41,982 nucleotides of DNA, from IMG/VR virus record IMGVR_UViG_3300048586_000061; one strand, given 5' to 3'. Below are positions 41,575 through 41,982 of the stretch, piece by piece. The notes beneath the pieces were generated by a model. The model made no database searches. It saw nothing but the letters and a program-made list of their open reading frames with translations, and was not told the origin of the DNA. The DNA is from a virus. The position numbers and the translations under genes were made by a program. Position 1 is the first letter of the stretch; the number at the start of each line of letters is the position of its first letter.

Positions 41575-41834
41575 GCCTGCACGGGACAGTCCAGATCAAC
41601 GGGCGCGTCATCGCCACATGGTCTGCCCAGCGAATCACCAACACCGAGGGCACCCCGAGGCCCGAACAGGTCAGCACCTACCGCTGTGCGGTCGTTCCCC
41701 AACCGAACCGGGACGTGGACAACTTCCCGCTCGACCGCCAGTTTGACCTCGACCACCGTTTCGCGGACGGCTTCGCCCGACTGGCTGCGCGGGTGCTCGA
41801 CACCTACGCGGACATCATGGGAGCCGAGTCGTGA
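41571..41834 (+). CDS. Hypothetical protein
   Basis: ATGA and GTGA overlaps. Track ORF. Confidence 0.6.
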   Translation: MSLHGTVQINGRVIATWSAQRITNTEGTPRPEQVSTYRCAVVPQPNRDVDNFPLDRQFDLDHRFADGFARLAARVLDTYADIMGAES

Positions 41835-41982
41835 CCGCCGACGCTGCCCACAACCCGTGTCAGGGCTGCGGCACCAACCTGGGCGACAACCCGCCCGCCA
41901 CCCACTGCGGCGACTGCCCGCCGTGGACCTGCCCGACCTGTGGCGACACCGACTCGATGACCGCCCCGTGCGGCTGCTGGGT
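41831..41982 (+). CDS. Cys-rich zinc-ribbon-like small protein, 5' portion (continues at 128..206 if circular)
   Basis: GTG at 41831 in a GTGA overlap. VTADAAHNPCQGCG... Runs off the window end. Confidence 0.65.
   Translation, partial: MTADAAHNPCQGCGTNLGDNPPATHCGDCPPWTCPTCGDTDSMTAPCGCW
41856..41982 (+). repeat. Copy C of the repeat (window 3' end)
   Basis: Identical to 1..127. Copies B and C are 966 bp apart. Confidence 0.95.

Larger units (their letters stand above)
1..41982. mobile_element. Temperate siphovirus-like actinobacteriophage genome, apparently complete and circularly closed (unit about 41,855 bp)
   Basis: Full complement of terminase, portal, protease, capsid, tail, lysis, integrase/attP, repressor and early genes. 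Positions 1..127 are identical to 41856..41982. Confidence 0.85.

Overview
The window looks like one complete temperate siphovirus-type actinobacteriophage genome with visibly very high GC. The first 127 nt are identical to the last 127 nt, so the unit length is about 41,855 bp and the contig is probably circularly closed. Nearly all genes are on the + strand and are tightly coupled through ATGA/GTGA/TGATG start-stop overlaps.

Gene order:
- Early/replication module (35733 -> 41982 -> 1 -> 6876): Cro-like HTH, excisionase-like HTH, GIY-YIG protein, YqaJ-type exonuclease, two tandem WhiB-like proteins, a C5 cytosine methyltransferase, RusA, and many small ORFs.
- Late module (6994..31453): HNH, TerS, TerL, portal, HK97-type protease, and major capsid. 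An unusual capsid-proximal insert follows (second HNH, GT-A glycosyltransferase, two fibre-like proteins). Then come the connector proteins, major tail protein, G/GT chaperone with a CCCTTTC slippery site, tape measure, GH16 protein, Dit/LamG proteins, a C1q-like fibre, and the holin/endolysin cassette.
- Lysogeny module (33052..35605): DUF2510 membrane protein, attP carrying a tRNA 3' fragment flanked by arm-type repeats, tyrosine integrase, and a minus-strand repressor operon.

Most unusual observations:
1. The methyltransferase locus carries protein-like signal in two frames. A 284-codon +1-frame ORF nested inside it has five LLPTP repeats and better codon statistics than the host frame.
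2. A 12-bp x 21 near-perfect tandem repeat encodes (AAR/W-D/A)n.
3. A G15/C15 homopolymer sits 6 nt upstream of a lysogeny-side Cys-rich gene.
4. A glycosyltransferase plus a collagen-like HExxH fibre cluster lies between the capsid and connector genes.
5. The Dit/LamG tail gene is split by a frame change.
6. An exact repeat of at least 127 bp occurs three times and also forms the contig ends.

No rRNA, intact tRNA or CRISPR array was seen. All functional calls come from motif recognition by eye. No database search was run.
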